A stretch of DNA of 63,778 nucleotides, the filler included, from Ministeria vibrans ATCC 50519 (lineage: Eukaryota > Protista > Filasterea): NCBI GenBank assembly GCA_943704425.1. It is 5 parts of 5 records of this genome, joined end to end, with 100 filler letters (N's around TTAATTAATTAA, not from the genome) between each part and the next. Parts side by side here need not be neighbours in the genome. Positions count along the whole stretch, not along the records: positions 48,278 to 49,796 come from CALSCP010002794.1; positions 49,897 to 62,448 come from CALSCP010000982.1; 3 more parts are not named here. One strand, given 5' to 3'. The notes beneath the pieces were generated by a model, which was not told the origin of the DNA, ran no database searches, and saw only the letters and a list, made by a program, of their open reading frames with translations. This document shows positions 49,337 to 61,844 of the stretch, one piece after another (position 1 is the stretch's first letter; every line of letters begins with the position of its first letter). The translations under genes and the position numbers were made by a program.

Positions 49337-49461
49337 GGATGGAGGTTGTAGACAACGTCGGATCCAACGAAATCTATTATTCTTTAATCTTTTGTGACTT
49401 TTGAGTGCGCAGTCGTGTGAGTTGAATAAAATATTGTTGATGAGAATATGAAATAAAAAAT

Positions 49462-49483
49462 CCTCTTTTATTGACGGAAACAG
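49462..49483 (+). promoter_or_regulatory. TCT/5'TOP-like non-coding first exon of an unidentified gene whose CDS is beyond the contig end
   Basis: CCTCTTTTATTGACGGAAACAG|GTATGTCG closely parallels the RPL31 leader CCTCTTTTATTCACATCCTCCAG|GTATGTCG. Confidence 0.55.
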
Positions 49484-49796
49484 GTATGTCGCTTGTGATT
49501 TCGCTGGCAGGATGTGGTGGTGGCGATGCATGTGCGGCTGGCAGGGGCAGCGAGGGCGGCGGAAGCCCCCGGCCCGTGCGGTCCTTCCAGACACGCACTG
49601 AACGCCCTGCTGGGCGTCTGCGCGCCTTGCTGCCCGCGTGTGCGTGCGCAGGGTGCCATGCGCTACCCCAGGCGCCCTCAGCCCTTTTCGTCGAAGGCGT
49701 CTGTCGTCTTGTGAGAGCACGAGAGCCCTTTTTTTTTTATTAATAACATGTTTAATGCAAATCCTGCTATTATTCCTAGTAGTATATGACCACTTG

Positions 49797-49896
49797 NNNN
49801 NNNNNNNNNNNNNNNNNNNNNNNNNNNNNNNNNNNNNNNNTTAATTAATTAANNNNNNNNNNNNNNNNNNNNNNNNNNNNNNNNNNNNNNNNNNNN
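49797..49896. other. Artificial contig spacer N44-TTAATTAATTAA-N44
   Basis: Same linker. Confidence 0.98.
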
Positions 49897-50003
<107 letters not shown>

Positions 50004-50306
50004 CAGTCTTTTAATATTAATTAATTTACTTTCACTTTCATTTTAATGCATTAATAAACTCACACTACAAAGTGGAAAATGTGCTTGTCTCTGATAAATA
50101 CAATAAAACTATTACTTTCAATTGGAGCGCCCGTAGGCCGATAAATACACTGTGACAGTAAGCGAGCAAAAAACGACGCAACTAGTCACTAGAGAACTTA
50201 TCATTGCGATATTTCATAATAATAATTATTATTATTATTTACTTATAGAAGACAAGAAAGGCCATCATCGACCGACGGGTAAATATAAGTTATTAATAAT
50301 AACATG

Positions 50307-50991
50307 TCATACAATGCCAGGAGTCGGCGTGGGGACTACAAAGGTCGCGGTGGCATTGACAGAGAGCGTCATATTGGTGAGTGGGGCGTCGAGAAGGGAA
50401 TGGTCGACAGGGAGAGCAATGGCACAGATGCCACCGGCAACGGCGAGGGAGAGACAAACGAGGAAGTAGATGGAACGGTGAACAAGAAGACGACGGAAGC
50501 GCTTGCGGTCCATAAGAATCGCCTCGTCGCCCTCACCAGTGCCATTCACATCAAGATCAGACACACGCACGGCCGCAGCAACTTCATCACGAGAACCCTC
50601 TGAAGGGCCCAAGATATTGGCAGCTGAAGTCGCTTCACCCTCCACTAATCTCACGGCATCATCATCCGCTTCATCATCCTCTTCATCACCACCAACCGAC
50701 TTCTGCTTGCCCAGTGAGTTCATCTCTATGTCGTCTGTGTGCTCCTCGCCAGAACCCTCACTCTCTGCGCCCGATCGCTCCTTGGCCACCTTGGCTTCCT
50801 TTTCCCAATCCAAACGCATCAGAAAGCTCACCATAAGGACACACTGCAGCGCCAGGCCCACTGTCAGCCCAGTCCATAGTCCAAATATATCCATTTTCGC
50901 AGGGCCAAAGGTCAGAAACACTCCCAAAGGCAGTCCAATCACATCATAACAGATCGCTAAATCAACAAAACAAGCGAGCAAACATGAGACG

Positions 50992-51067
<76 letters not shown>

Positions 51068-53195
51068 CATTGATATTTTTTATATCTACCATTAAACACA
51101 GCGCCAATCTTCTGACGACCAGCGCCTCTAAGAACGCCACTGCTGACGCCCTGGGTAAAGTCAAAGATTTGGAAGCAAGCGGCAATGGGAAGGAGACGCG
51201 CTGCAAGCTCAGCAATCTCAGTCGAGCTGGTAAACAAATAGGAAACGACGTCTTTTGTTGCGAGCACTGCACATACAGATAGATACATAGAAAGAAAAAA
51301 GACAGAAGAAAGAAGGAAGAAGAAAGAAAAGGAAAAAAAAAAAAGAAGAAGAAACAAAAATAGAATGTAAGTATGTGTGTGGCTAATGCGTGGGATAGTG
51401 TACCAGTCGTGACAGAAAAGATGAGGCAGAAAAGGATCAAGGTGAGGGACATGCGTGAGGTGAGTTTAGCACCACTGGCATCACCTGCCCCGAGTTTGTT
51501 GCCGACGCGGATGCTGGCAGCAACACTCACTCCCAGGGGAAGCTGGAAAACAACACACGTGTGAGAGACATGATGATGTGTGTAGCGTAGTGCATAGTGT
51601 ACCATAAAGGAGATGGTTGCGACTTGAAGGATGACAGCCTGTGCACCCAACTGGATGGTGCCCAGAAGCCCCGACAGCAGAGTGCACACCTCAAAAGACC
51701 ACTGTGGACACAGTACATTGATTTACACCACGAAGAGGGAGTCAGAATCAAAAGAAATAGAGAGTCAACAAATGAGCGTGTTCGTCGTATTCGTTACCCA
51801 TTCAATGCACACCATCATCATGCCGGGCAGGGCAAGACGCACAAAGGTGCCCCAGTGCAGGAGCGACTCGCGCGACCAGCCGTACCACGTGTCATAGGCA
51901 ATGCGGTACCATCGCATGTACACAAGGAGGCTGCCCAAGAGGGTCCAGGAAGACAGACAAATGGCAATGGGTGCGCCAATGAAGCCCAGTTTAAAAGTGT
52001 GCATCAGCAGATAGTGGAATAGTGGGTTGAGAGCGTTGGCAACCAGTCCCGCGACAATCGTGGGCGTCACTAGGCTTTGTGCTTGTAGGTAGCGCTGTAG
52101 CAGCGTGAAAATAAGGTCTGAGGGCAGTTTGAAGACGAGCACTCGCGAGAATTGTCCGGCAAGACGCGACACAACGGGATCCTGTCCGAGACCCAAGAGA
52201 ATCGCCTCGGCATTGATCCAAATGGCAAACACCACGAGTGTCCAGCCGCCCAGAATGAGAATGCCCATTTGCAGAACGACACCCACGCGACGCTTGTTGT
52301 TGGCGCCAAACGCTTGTGACGCGAGCGTGTCTACCGCCGTTGCCAGACCCACAATGGTCGCCCAGCCAGTAATGTTGCAGAACATGTTGGCCAGCGAGGC
52401 AGCATCGAGCTCTTCGGCACCCAAGTGACCCACAAACAACACCGAGATAATGTTGATAAGTTGCAACAGAAGAAATGTCACCACCTGAAAGAGAGACAAG
52501 AATAAGTTGCCCAGGCAATCTCACTCACTCACACACACACACTCTCTCTCTTTATCACTTTGTCTGTCTATCACTTGTCTCACTCTCTTTCTTTCTTTCT
52601 TCTTTCTTCTTTCTTTCTTTCTTTCTCTCGCGGCGTTTTCGTACCACTGGCCACACAAGTTTAAGCAAGTCTCGAAGTTCGCTAAAGCCTCCAGGAGGAA
52701 AGATTTTCTTAAGCAACCAATGAGACTCTAAAAGGACATCTGAGGATGAGATGGTGTGTCGTAATCGAACACACGACTGCGCGAATGGGGCGGTCTCTGC
52801 GTGTTGCATGCATCATGCAAGGGCCACGTAGCCATATGCACACGTGTGGGTGCGGATTGGAGGCAATTGGAAGCGATATGGCGAGTGAATGTGACATTGA
52901 TATCTAATTATTATTTTTTCACAGGATCGTGCAACGCATTGCATCGATCGAGTGCGCGTGCTCCGCTATCTGCGGCCTAAATGCAATCGGCGTTACCGCA
53001 AAAGATGGCCCTCCGCTCCATATTAGTCTGGGGGCCGGCGGCGTCGCAGGCGCTGGCGGGATCGTCGTCACTGGGCACTTTGGAGAGCAAACGTGTCGAG
53101 TCGTTTTCGTCGACCATCAGTGGCGCACTGTGCGATCCCGTCATTGAATCGTCGTCGCTGTCAATGTAGGCTGTAGACCGTTCTATATCAGCCAT
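50307..53195 (-). CDS. MATE (SLC47-like) multidrug/toxin efflux transporter, multi-exon
   Basis: FVGHLGAEELDAASLAN; GLATAVDTLASQAFGA; LQRYLQAQ; LALPGMMMVCIEW; ASIRVGNKLGAGD; QGVSSGVLRGAGRQKIGA; YDVIGLPLG; GLWTGL; LDWEKEA. Confidence 0.95.
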
Positions 53196-53514
53196 GGTGG
53201 ACAAAGGGGAGAAAAAAAGAATGATTGATCTGTATTTTTCTGGATGTCAGTTGAAGTGTATTTGATTATGCAACTTGTGGTTTGTTGCATCTGATGGCCG
53301 ATTATTACATCTTATCCGCATATTAACTCCTAATCAGTAATTATTCATCCGGTTGCGCGGTAGCATGTTAATCCGCGCTGCATAAGCTGAGTGTGAAGTA
53401 ATTTTATTGTGATCGCATGAATGACTTGTGAGTCTTCAAATAATGATAATTATATTTTTTATTATTATAGTACAATACAGTACAACAAATTTGTATTGTA
53501 GGCTGGATGAGACT

Positions 53515-55243
53515 ATGAATCCGGCGAGAATAGCCAAATCGTTGATCTTTGTGGCGCTGGCGGCAGTGGTGCTGGTGGTCCTGTTTGAGCATCGATCGAT
53601 GCCGTTTGGGGCACTGCGGAACAGTGTGGGTGTGCACCCCCATGCCGCTGCACCTGCCGCACTTGTACAGCAGCGATCGACCCTTGTGAATGGCGCGGAG
53701 GCGCGGCATGCACCGCCGGCGCCACAGGAGAACACGCACGACACGTCATCTTCAACTCATTCATCACACCTTGCCCTTCCTGCGACGCACAAGCCCCCCC
53801 AGCACCAACCACAGGAGTCAACCGTGGCCAGGCTTCCCGTCGTGGCGGTCGACGCGTCCACAAACGCCTCTGCGAATTTGCTCTCAGCACATCCTCGCAA
53901 AAAACTCGCATCAGGCAAGACACCCGCCGACATGGTCGTCGTCACGGGGGCCAGCGAGAACCACTTCCATGCCCTGGTGCATTTTGTCGAGCGGCTGCGT
54001 CGCATCGAGCCGAGCGTGCCTCTCGTGGTGTACGACCTGGGGCTCACGGCGTGCCAGCACGACGCCATCCGCACACTGCCGGGCGTCGACGAATTGCGCA
54101 CCTTCCCCTTCGAGAAGTACCCCAGCCACTTCCGTCTTAACTCCAAGGACCCTGAAATGGCCGTGCGCAGCGGCCAGTATGCGTGGAAGCCCGTGATTGT
54201 GCGCGAGGTCGTCGACGAGTATGGTGTTGCGCTCTGGCTCGACTCGGGTGACCAACTGAGCCGCCCCCTTCAAGGAGCCCGCAAACGGCTTTACGACGAA
54301 CGCATAGGGTTCCTATCGACGCGCACACAGGACGTCATTGAGCGGTATGTGCACCCCGGTACTCGGCGCTACTTCAACGTCACGCACACGCGCTTCAATC
54401 AGCTCGGCAACTGCAACGGGGCCGTTGTGGGGTTCAATCGCGCCTCATCCGCCTACCACGACGTATGCACGAACTCATTACATGTTTCTCTCGATTTTTT
54501 TTTGCCTTGTTTTTCTTCTATGGTGTCAATGTGTGTGCGATTGGTTTTTGTTTCTGACTGTGTGCGATTCATTTTTCGTTTGTGTATGTGTGTGTGTGTG
54601 TGTGTGTAGATTCTCCTTCCGTGGGAACAATGTGCTCTTCACCTCGAATGCATTGCACCCGAAGGATCATCCAGACTCAATCATCGGTGAGAAGCACACT
54701 GACAGACATGGAAAGTGAAACTGATACTGAATCTATCACTTTGTCTCTCTTTAACCCCTCGCCAGACAAGATCAGGCTGCGCTATCCCTTCTGGCACATA
54801 TGGCAGATCGGTTTGCCAACTGTAATGACTACAAGGCACGAGACGCCGGAATTGGTACTGAAACAAACCGAGAGAGAGAGAGGGAGAAAGAAACAAAGTG
54901 ATAGAAAGAGAGAGAGGAGGGAGAAAGAAACAAAGTGATAGAAAGAGAGAGGAGGGAGAAAGAAACAAAGTGATAGAAAGAGAGAGGAGGGAGAAAGAAA
55001 CAAAGTGATAGAAAGAGAGAGGAGGGAGAAAGAAACAAGTCATAGAAAGAGAGAGAGAGGAGCGAGAAAGAAGCAAAAGAAGGAAACAAAGTGATAGAGA
55101 GTATGTGTGACACTCAAAAATATGATCATTCTGTCTCTCAAAAATTGTGTTTTGTAGCTCTGTGGCGCAATGACTGGAGCAGCAAACTGCCCTGTCCTCT
55201 TCCTTCCCCTAACGATCATCCAAACGAAGCCCCCAAGCTCTAA
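53515..55243 (+). CDS. Type II membrane DUF1647-like putative GT-A glycosyltransferase (4 exons)
   Basis: N-terminal TM; VVVTGASENHF; VVYDLGL; LRTFPFEKYP; YAWKPVIV; LWLDSG; WEQCALHLECIAPEGS..HRQDQAALS. Confidence 0.8.
54868..55100. repeat. Intronic ~35-bp minisatellite (AAACAAAGTGATAGAAAGAGAGGAGGGAGAAAG-like)
   Basis: About 5-6 tandem copies containing the reverse complement of the TATCACTTTG core. Confidence 0.85.
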
Positions 55244-55367
55244 TTCTTATAATTATGATTGTTATTCAATCAACAATTATTTAAAAAAAAAAATGTATTT
55301 TGTGTGTCTCCGTTTGTGTGTGAAGTTTAAGAATATGTCTTAATGTACAGTTCGTGATGATCAATGA

Positions 55368-56321
55368 TCAAACAATTTTAAAGGAGCCACTGAAGAGAAA
55401 CGCTGGACAATCAGTGTCGTCTGAAAACGGCTCAAAAGTACTTTCCGTCACTGGAAATGTTTCGCTGTCACTCAGAACATTTCCTGTGATTTCAATGGAA
55501 CCTAAGCACAGAAAATCAATGGCTCTCGATTCGTCTCTTCATTCTCCTCTCTTCTCTTCATCTTGTGTATTTCTCCTCTCGTCGCTTCATCTCGCGCCTT
55601 TCTCCTCTCTTCTCTTCTCTGTCGTATTACCTTTGATTGGAGTGACTTGAAGTGATTTTGTGTCGTAGACGAGAGAGGAGAGGCTTGAGACTTTCCCAAA
55701 TGGATTGAAGAAGGGCTGCTGAATCATAGCAAGTGTGTGTGTGATTCCACTAGTGTGACTCAGAGTGGTCTGCGCCGGATCAAAATCAAACTTGGCCGTG
55801 AGCGTGTCGACGTGCCGGTTGGTAGTAAAGTAGTGGTCGGCAACGGATCCGGAAGAGTGGTCTGGGGCGAAGCAGCGCATTCCGAGGAAGGTGCGGGATG
55901 CAAAGGCATTGAGCGAACTTGACAAGAGCACGGCGTACTTGAGCGAGATGAGCTGCGTCGAGTCGCGCGCGTGAAGGTACGGGATGGTAACTTTGTGTTC
56001 GTAGAAGGAGGAGCGCAGAAGCGACGAGAGAGACGGTCCTGTGCTTGTTTGGTAGCCCATTTCGACCTGAGCGGTTAGGGTTAGCGTTAGCGTTAGGGTT
56101 GGCGCTTCTCTCTCCCTTAGCGCACGACTCGGCAAGAAAGACGATCACCATACCAGCACAGGGTGCTTTCCCTGCTCAAGGGAGGGGATTGCCTCGTGCG
56201 CTTCGGCCGAGGCAAGGCGCACGACGTCCTTGTGGCGGTCAGAGAGGAGTGCGACAATTTCGGCACAATCCACGAACAATGGGACGCAGATGGCATGATA
56301 GTTGCCAACAATTTCCGTCAT
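55368..56321 (-). CDS. Hypothetical protein (about 3 exons); possible acetoacetate-decarboxylase-like fold
   Basis: MTEIVGNYHAICVPL..GKHPVL|VEMGYQ..EHKVTIPYL..QPFFNPFG..PIKG|SIEITG..FSGSFKIV*. The fold assignment is only a weak impression. Confidence 0.55.
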
Positions 56322-56591
56322 ATGAGCAAGGAAACCTGATTGTTTACTAATCAAATTGAAAATTCAATTAAAATTGTCAAAATTATTCATATTAAATGTC
56401 TTGTTCTTTTCCAAATGAGTTATTAACGATACTGAATAACAAATTGCTATAATAAAATTATTAATGATCATACAAAAAATACACAACTAATGCAATAATT
56501 TTCTCACAATTCGATTACTTCTCGATGTATTTTTGGAGTACACACACAAAACTGAATGACACACACACACGTAAACAGAGCCTCTCTTCGC

Positions 56592-57018
56592 TCAATCCCA
56601 CGATCCAGCAACATGACATAACAAAAGATAAATCATCGCAGCAAATGTCGTGACGAGCATTAGAGGGAATCCGGTCTTGAAAAAGTCACTAAAGGAGAAG
56701 GGGTAGCCAGCAGACTCGGCCAACCCGGCAGTAACAACGTTCGCACTAGCACCTACAAAAAACAGTCTACTTTTAGAGACACGCGCACTAATACTAAGCG
56801 CGCACACACACACTCGCTCACCAATGAGAGTGCCATTGCCGCCCAGACAGGCACCAAAGGCCAAGGCATAGACCAATGGATGAAGGGGCAGGCCCAGGGC
56901 AGGGTCGTCGGCCAGTTGGATGATAATGGGGATCATGGCAGTCGTGAAAGGAATGTTGTCGATAAAGGACGATGCAATGGCACTGATCCAGAGGATCACA
57001 ATGATTGCCACAGCAAGA
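56592..57018 (-). CDS. P-protein/OCA2-like (ArsB/NhaD, SLC13-like) permease, last two exons only
   Basis: [42 protein letters not shown]|[25 protein letters not shown]. Confidence 0.9.
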
Positions 57019-57116
57019 CTATTATTCAGAAAGACAAAGTATCAGTGAGCACAAAAAGAAAAAGAAAAAAAGAGACAGAATAATAATAATAATAATTATA
57101 AACAAACGGCAGTAGC

Positions 57117-57190
57117 AGTGATGCGTGTGTATGTGTGTGTGTACGTGTGTGTGTGTGTACGTGTGTGTGTGTGTACGTGTGTGTGTGTGT

Positions 57191-57233
<43 letters not shown>

Positions 57234-57248
57234 TGTGTGTGTGTACGT

Positions 57249-57284
<36 letters not shown>

Positions 57285-57318
57285 TGTATGTATGTGTGCG
57301 TGCGTGTGTGTGTGTGTG
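57117..57318. repeat. Compound (GT)n/GTAC microsatellite
   Basis: About 200 bp of GT repeats interrupted by GTAC. Confidence 0.95.
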
Positions 57319-57369
57319 AATGCATTGCTGATAAAGTGTGAATAATTCTATCATTTTATCATTTTGCAG

Positions 57370-60128
57370 GCACGGATGCCAAGGTGAGCATGGTCGCGTA
57401 CGGGAGCAAGGGCAAGACACGCGAGGTGGTGCTAGAGACCAAGGGAGATGCCTTTGAACGTAAGGGTGAGGACCTCATTGAGTGCGATCTTGAGCCGGTG
57501 GGCGCACTGCACAAAATTCGCATTGGTCACGACAACTCGTCGGCCAGCGCTGGCTGGTTCCTCGAGCGTGTCGAAATGGAGCATGTGCGTACGGGCGCCA
57601 AGTATCGCTTTGAGTGCGGTCGGTGGCTGGCGACCGATGAGGATGACGGCGAGTGTGTGCGCGAGCTGCCGGTGAGCAAGTTCAAGGTGGGAACGCGCGT
57701 TGTGGCCGAGGACAAGAAGAAGAAGAAGAGCAAGTCGTCAAAGGACAGTAAGGAGGCGGCAGGTGACGAGTACGATGGAACGGAGGAGCCACTGAAGTTA
57801 GCGCTACACAAGTATCAAGTGCACGTGATGACAAGCGACGTCAAGCATGCCGCGACAAGCAGCACCATCACTCTGAACATGTTTGGCAAGCATGGCGACA
57901 CGGGCGAGCGCACGCTGCGCAAGAGCACGACACACAAGACGCCGTTCAAGCGTGCGCAGGAGGATGTCTTTGAGGTGGAGGCAGTGAATCTGGGGGCGCT
58001 GGAGAAGGTGATCGTCGCGAGCGATGCCAAGGGACTCGGGGCAGGCTGGCACCTTGCCAAGATTGTAGTGGACGAGCCCGACCAGAAGGAAAAGGTCAAG
58101 TCATACTCGTTTACTTGTGATAGGGTAAGAAAATACGAATTCGAATCAAGCCTGTTTTTCGTTGATTAATTAATAATTTTTATCACGTTCTCTTTAATTT
58201 GCAAGTGGCTGGATCCAAAAGAGGACGATGGTCAGACCTTCCGCGAGCTGGTGGTGGATGGAAGCAAGAAGAGTGGGAACGAGGCGGGAGATGTGGCGTA
58301 CGAGGTGAGCGTGACCACTGGCACAGTGAGTGGTGCAACAACACACGCCAATGTGTGGGTGCGTCTGGTGGGAAGCAGGGGGGAGACAGCACAGGTGCCG
58401 CTGAAGGAGACGCGCACAAAGCAAGAGACGCCCTTTAAGAAGGGTCGCACGGCGGTGTTTGATGTGCGTGCGGCCGACGTGGGTAGCCTCAAGGCCGTCG
58501 AGGTGGGCCATGACGCTGCGGGTCTTGGCGACGGCTGGTACCTTGAGCACATTGTCGTTGATGTGCCTTCGCGCGGCCGCACCTATCACTGCGACTGCAA
58601 ACAGTAGGCGGCTAATGGAGTACAGTATATTTCTTATTGACCTGGTTGTATTATGTCTGCGGTACATAGGTGGTTGGACAAGGGACAGGGCGATCGCAAG
58701 TTGGAGCGTACTCTTGCTGTGCAGCCCGAGCTCACAAAAAAGTATGCGCCGCTGGTGCCGCACGAGATCAAGGTGTACACGTCTGATCTCAAGCGAGCCG
58801 GAACAGGTAAAATTACAATTGTCGTGAGAACCGCTTCGACAAGTTTTGATGGCTCCTTCTTTTTATGCAGATTCCAATGTGACAGTGTGCTTCTACGGCG
58901 AAGGATCTCTAAGCAGCGACGTGATCCCTTTGAAAAACAGAAGTGACAACTTTGAGGTACGAACCCCCAAACGAATTATGATGATGAGTGTGTTTGATAC
59001 GAATAATTGACTGTTTGCAACGCGCCAATGCATCTTCTCTAGCGCGGCGGGGTGGATCGCTTTCCTGTGCTGCTAAGTGGTGAATTAGGAGCACTGCGAA
59101 AGGTGCGGGTAAGCAGCGACGGGAAGGGTATGCTTGCGGGGTGGCACTTGCACAAGATTATAGCCACGAACAAAGTGTCGGGGGAAAAGGTAAGTCTCGC
59201 AGACTGAGCGCCATGCACTACAAAAACAATAGATTTATTTATGATTAACTTTCTAATTGTTCGTTTTTTCTGTGTTATTTCTTCCTTTTTTTCTCCAGTT
59301 TGTGTTTCCGTGCGGTGAGTGGTTTGCGACGTCTGAGGGAGACGGACGGCTGACACGTGAGCTTGCGCGCGTGGTTGATGGCGAGCCGGTGCTTGCAACC
59401 AGAACGTATCGCCTGTCGACCGTCACAGGTATGTCTTGCACATATTGTGTGTCTCTTCAATATTTCATATTAACTATAATAATTTTGCTAATGGCCAGGG
59501 AACAAGAGAGGAGCTGGCACTGATGCAAATGTGTCGGTGATTTTGTTTGGCTCCAATGGCGATTCGGGGGAGCACAAACTGGAGAAATCCTCGACGCACC
59601 GAAACAAGTTTGAACGGAACAACACTGTAAGACCCAATTATGAGAATGACACGTGATAGTTGTGAAGTTTTATATTGCTCCTTCTCTATGAATCACTTTA
59701 ATTGTTTGTTTGTTTTTTCATTTTTGTTTCGTACTTTGCCCCTCCTTACTTTCTTGCTTTGTTTCTTTGGCTCTCCTCTCTCTCTATCACTTTGTCTCTA
59801 TTTCTTTGTTTATATCACTTTGTCTCTCTCTCTGTCTCTTTCTCTCTCTATCACTTTGTTTCTTTTTCTCTCTATCACTTTGTTTCTTTCTCTCTCTATC
59901 ACTTAATTTCTTTCTCTCTCTATCACTTTATTTCTTTCTCTCTCTATCACTTTGTTTCTTTCTCTCTCTATCACTTTGTTTCTTTCTCTCTCTATCACTT
60001 TGTTTCTTTCTCTCTCTATCACTTTGTTTCTTTCTCTCTCTATCACTTTATTTCTTTCTCTCTCTATCACTTTGTTTCTTTCTCTCTCTATCACTTTATT
60101 TCTTTCTCTCTCTATCACTTTATTTCTT

Positions 60129-60179
<51 letters not shown>

Positions 60180-61713
60180 ATGTATTTGTAGGACACGTTT
60201 GAGCTAGAGCTGTTAGATTTGGGACAGTTGAAAAAGGTCCGGGTGTGGCACGACGAGAGCGGAGCAGGAGACACGTGGCTGCTAGACTCAATCAGTGTCG
60301 AAGAGATGAGCTCAGGCACAGTCACTGAGTTCCCTTGTGGAAAGGTATGCAGTTATTCATGTGACTGTATATTATATATATATATATATTAACTTGTTGT
60401 GTATGTGTGTGGCTGTGCTGGTTGTTGCGTACTTGTAGTGGCTGAGTAGTGAAAAGGGAGAGTCGCTAGTACGAGAGCTGATTGCAAGTGGAATGGACAC
60501 AAAGAAGAAAAAATCGAAGAAGAAGCAGAAGAGGGAACAGACGAGTCAATATCGGGTGACACTGGTGACGGATGCGCGGGATGGGAGTGGCACGGACGCT
60601 ATCGAGGTTCGCGTGAAGGTTTACGGGACCAGTGGCAACTTTGACGAGCCTTTGATCTACCGCAATAAGAAAGGTACAAATAATTTTAGTATTAACTATT
60701 TATTCCTAGCTAGTAATTTTTTTAAAATAATTAATAATAATAATATAATTATTTTTATTATTATTATTATTAATTTGTTAACGTTCGACGTGACTGTGTT
60801 TTAATATTGTAGGGCGTAAGTTTGGAGATGGAAGTGAGACGAGTGAGCAGACAAAGGAGGAGATTGAGCGTATTGGGAGTGTGACAAAGGTGAAGGTGAT
60901 GGTGAGCGGTGCAAGTGAAGGGAAGACAGGACGATGGCGGATTGCGCGTGTGCGGGTGGAGGAACTGTGCTCGGGCGGTGGGGTGTGGGTGTGCTCGGGC
61001 GAGGCTGGAGGCACGGCCAAGGTAGGCGGTGGCGGATCGGATGCTGATGAGAGTGTGGTGCTGCGTGAGGTGGAAGTGGAGGTTGCGCCTGACAGCGAAA
61101 CAAATGAAGAAGAGGAGGGGAGTGGGGAAGGAACGTGCGTGTATCGATTGGATGTGCACACAGGCGACAAGAGAGGTGCCGGGACCAATGCCAATGTGTT
61201 TGTGGTGCTCAAGGGTCGTCATGGTGACAGTGGAAAGCGCGAGCTTACCGGAAAGAAGCTCAAGAATCTCTTTGAACGGGATCAAACGGATCATTTTGAC
61301 ATTGAGGTGAGCTACTAAAAGCAAAGAAGAGAGATGTCATTAAAATGATTGTCATTAAAATATTTATTTGGTTGTTCGTTTAATTGCAGTGCGCTGATTT
61401 GGGGACGTTGAAAGAGCTCACAGTGGAGCACGACGGGAAGGGAATGGGAGCGGGGTGGTTCCTGGAGGACATCCGCGTGACGCAGATGAAGGGACTGGAG
61501 GAGGTGCGCACAACTGTGTTTCCCTGTCATAAGGTATCATGATTAAATTCGACCATACGCTCAGTATACGCACGTTTACCGATACGTATAACGCATGTGA
61601 AGAGTGACGCTAATCCCGCCTGTTCTTCCGGTGTGTGTTGTTCTTGTTGACTGTAGTGGCTCGATACCAAAGAGGGCGATGGTGAAATTAAGCGAGTGTT
61701 GAAACCAGAGTGA
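57370..61713 (+). CDS. LOXHD1-like tandem PLAT/LH2-domain protein; about 7 PLAT domains visible, 5' part missing
   Basis: Repeated Y-x-V-x-V-x-T..GT(D/N)A(N/K)V..G..G(D/E)(S/T)..FER..D.F..LG.L..GW.L..F.C.W motifs, e.g. [34 protein letters not shown] and [30 protein letters not shown]; stop at 61711-61713. Confidence 0.92.
59780..60125. repeat. Intronic 24-bp minisatellite (TATCACTTTGTTTCTTTCTCTCTC)n
   Basis: About 13 near-perfect copies, seen as the repeating IERERNKV translation. Confidence 0.95.
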
Positions 61714-61844
61714 TTGAAACGAGCAAAGACACACAGTGGGGTACTCTTAGTTGTGTTCATTCTTCTTTTCCCATTATGTTATTGTTGAGTAAACAAACTT
61801 TTATGATTACTATTATTCGTTTTCATTTGGTTCACTCTTTTTTA

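Noticed and set aside
56074-56101. TTAGGG/TTAGCG units as interstitial telomere or telomerase template
   Set aside because: Only four imperfect units just upstream of a minus-strand 3' splice site; better explained as repeated CTAAC branch-point-like motifs.
57022-57345. HTHT/VCVC, SLSL and ERER ORFs here and elsewhere
   Set aside because: Translations of (CA/GT)n and (CT/GA)n microsatellites.
59780-60125. 24-bp periodic array as a possible CRISPR array
   Set aside because: No unique spacers, low complexity, inside a spliceosomal intron, no cas genes.
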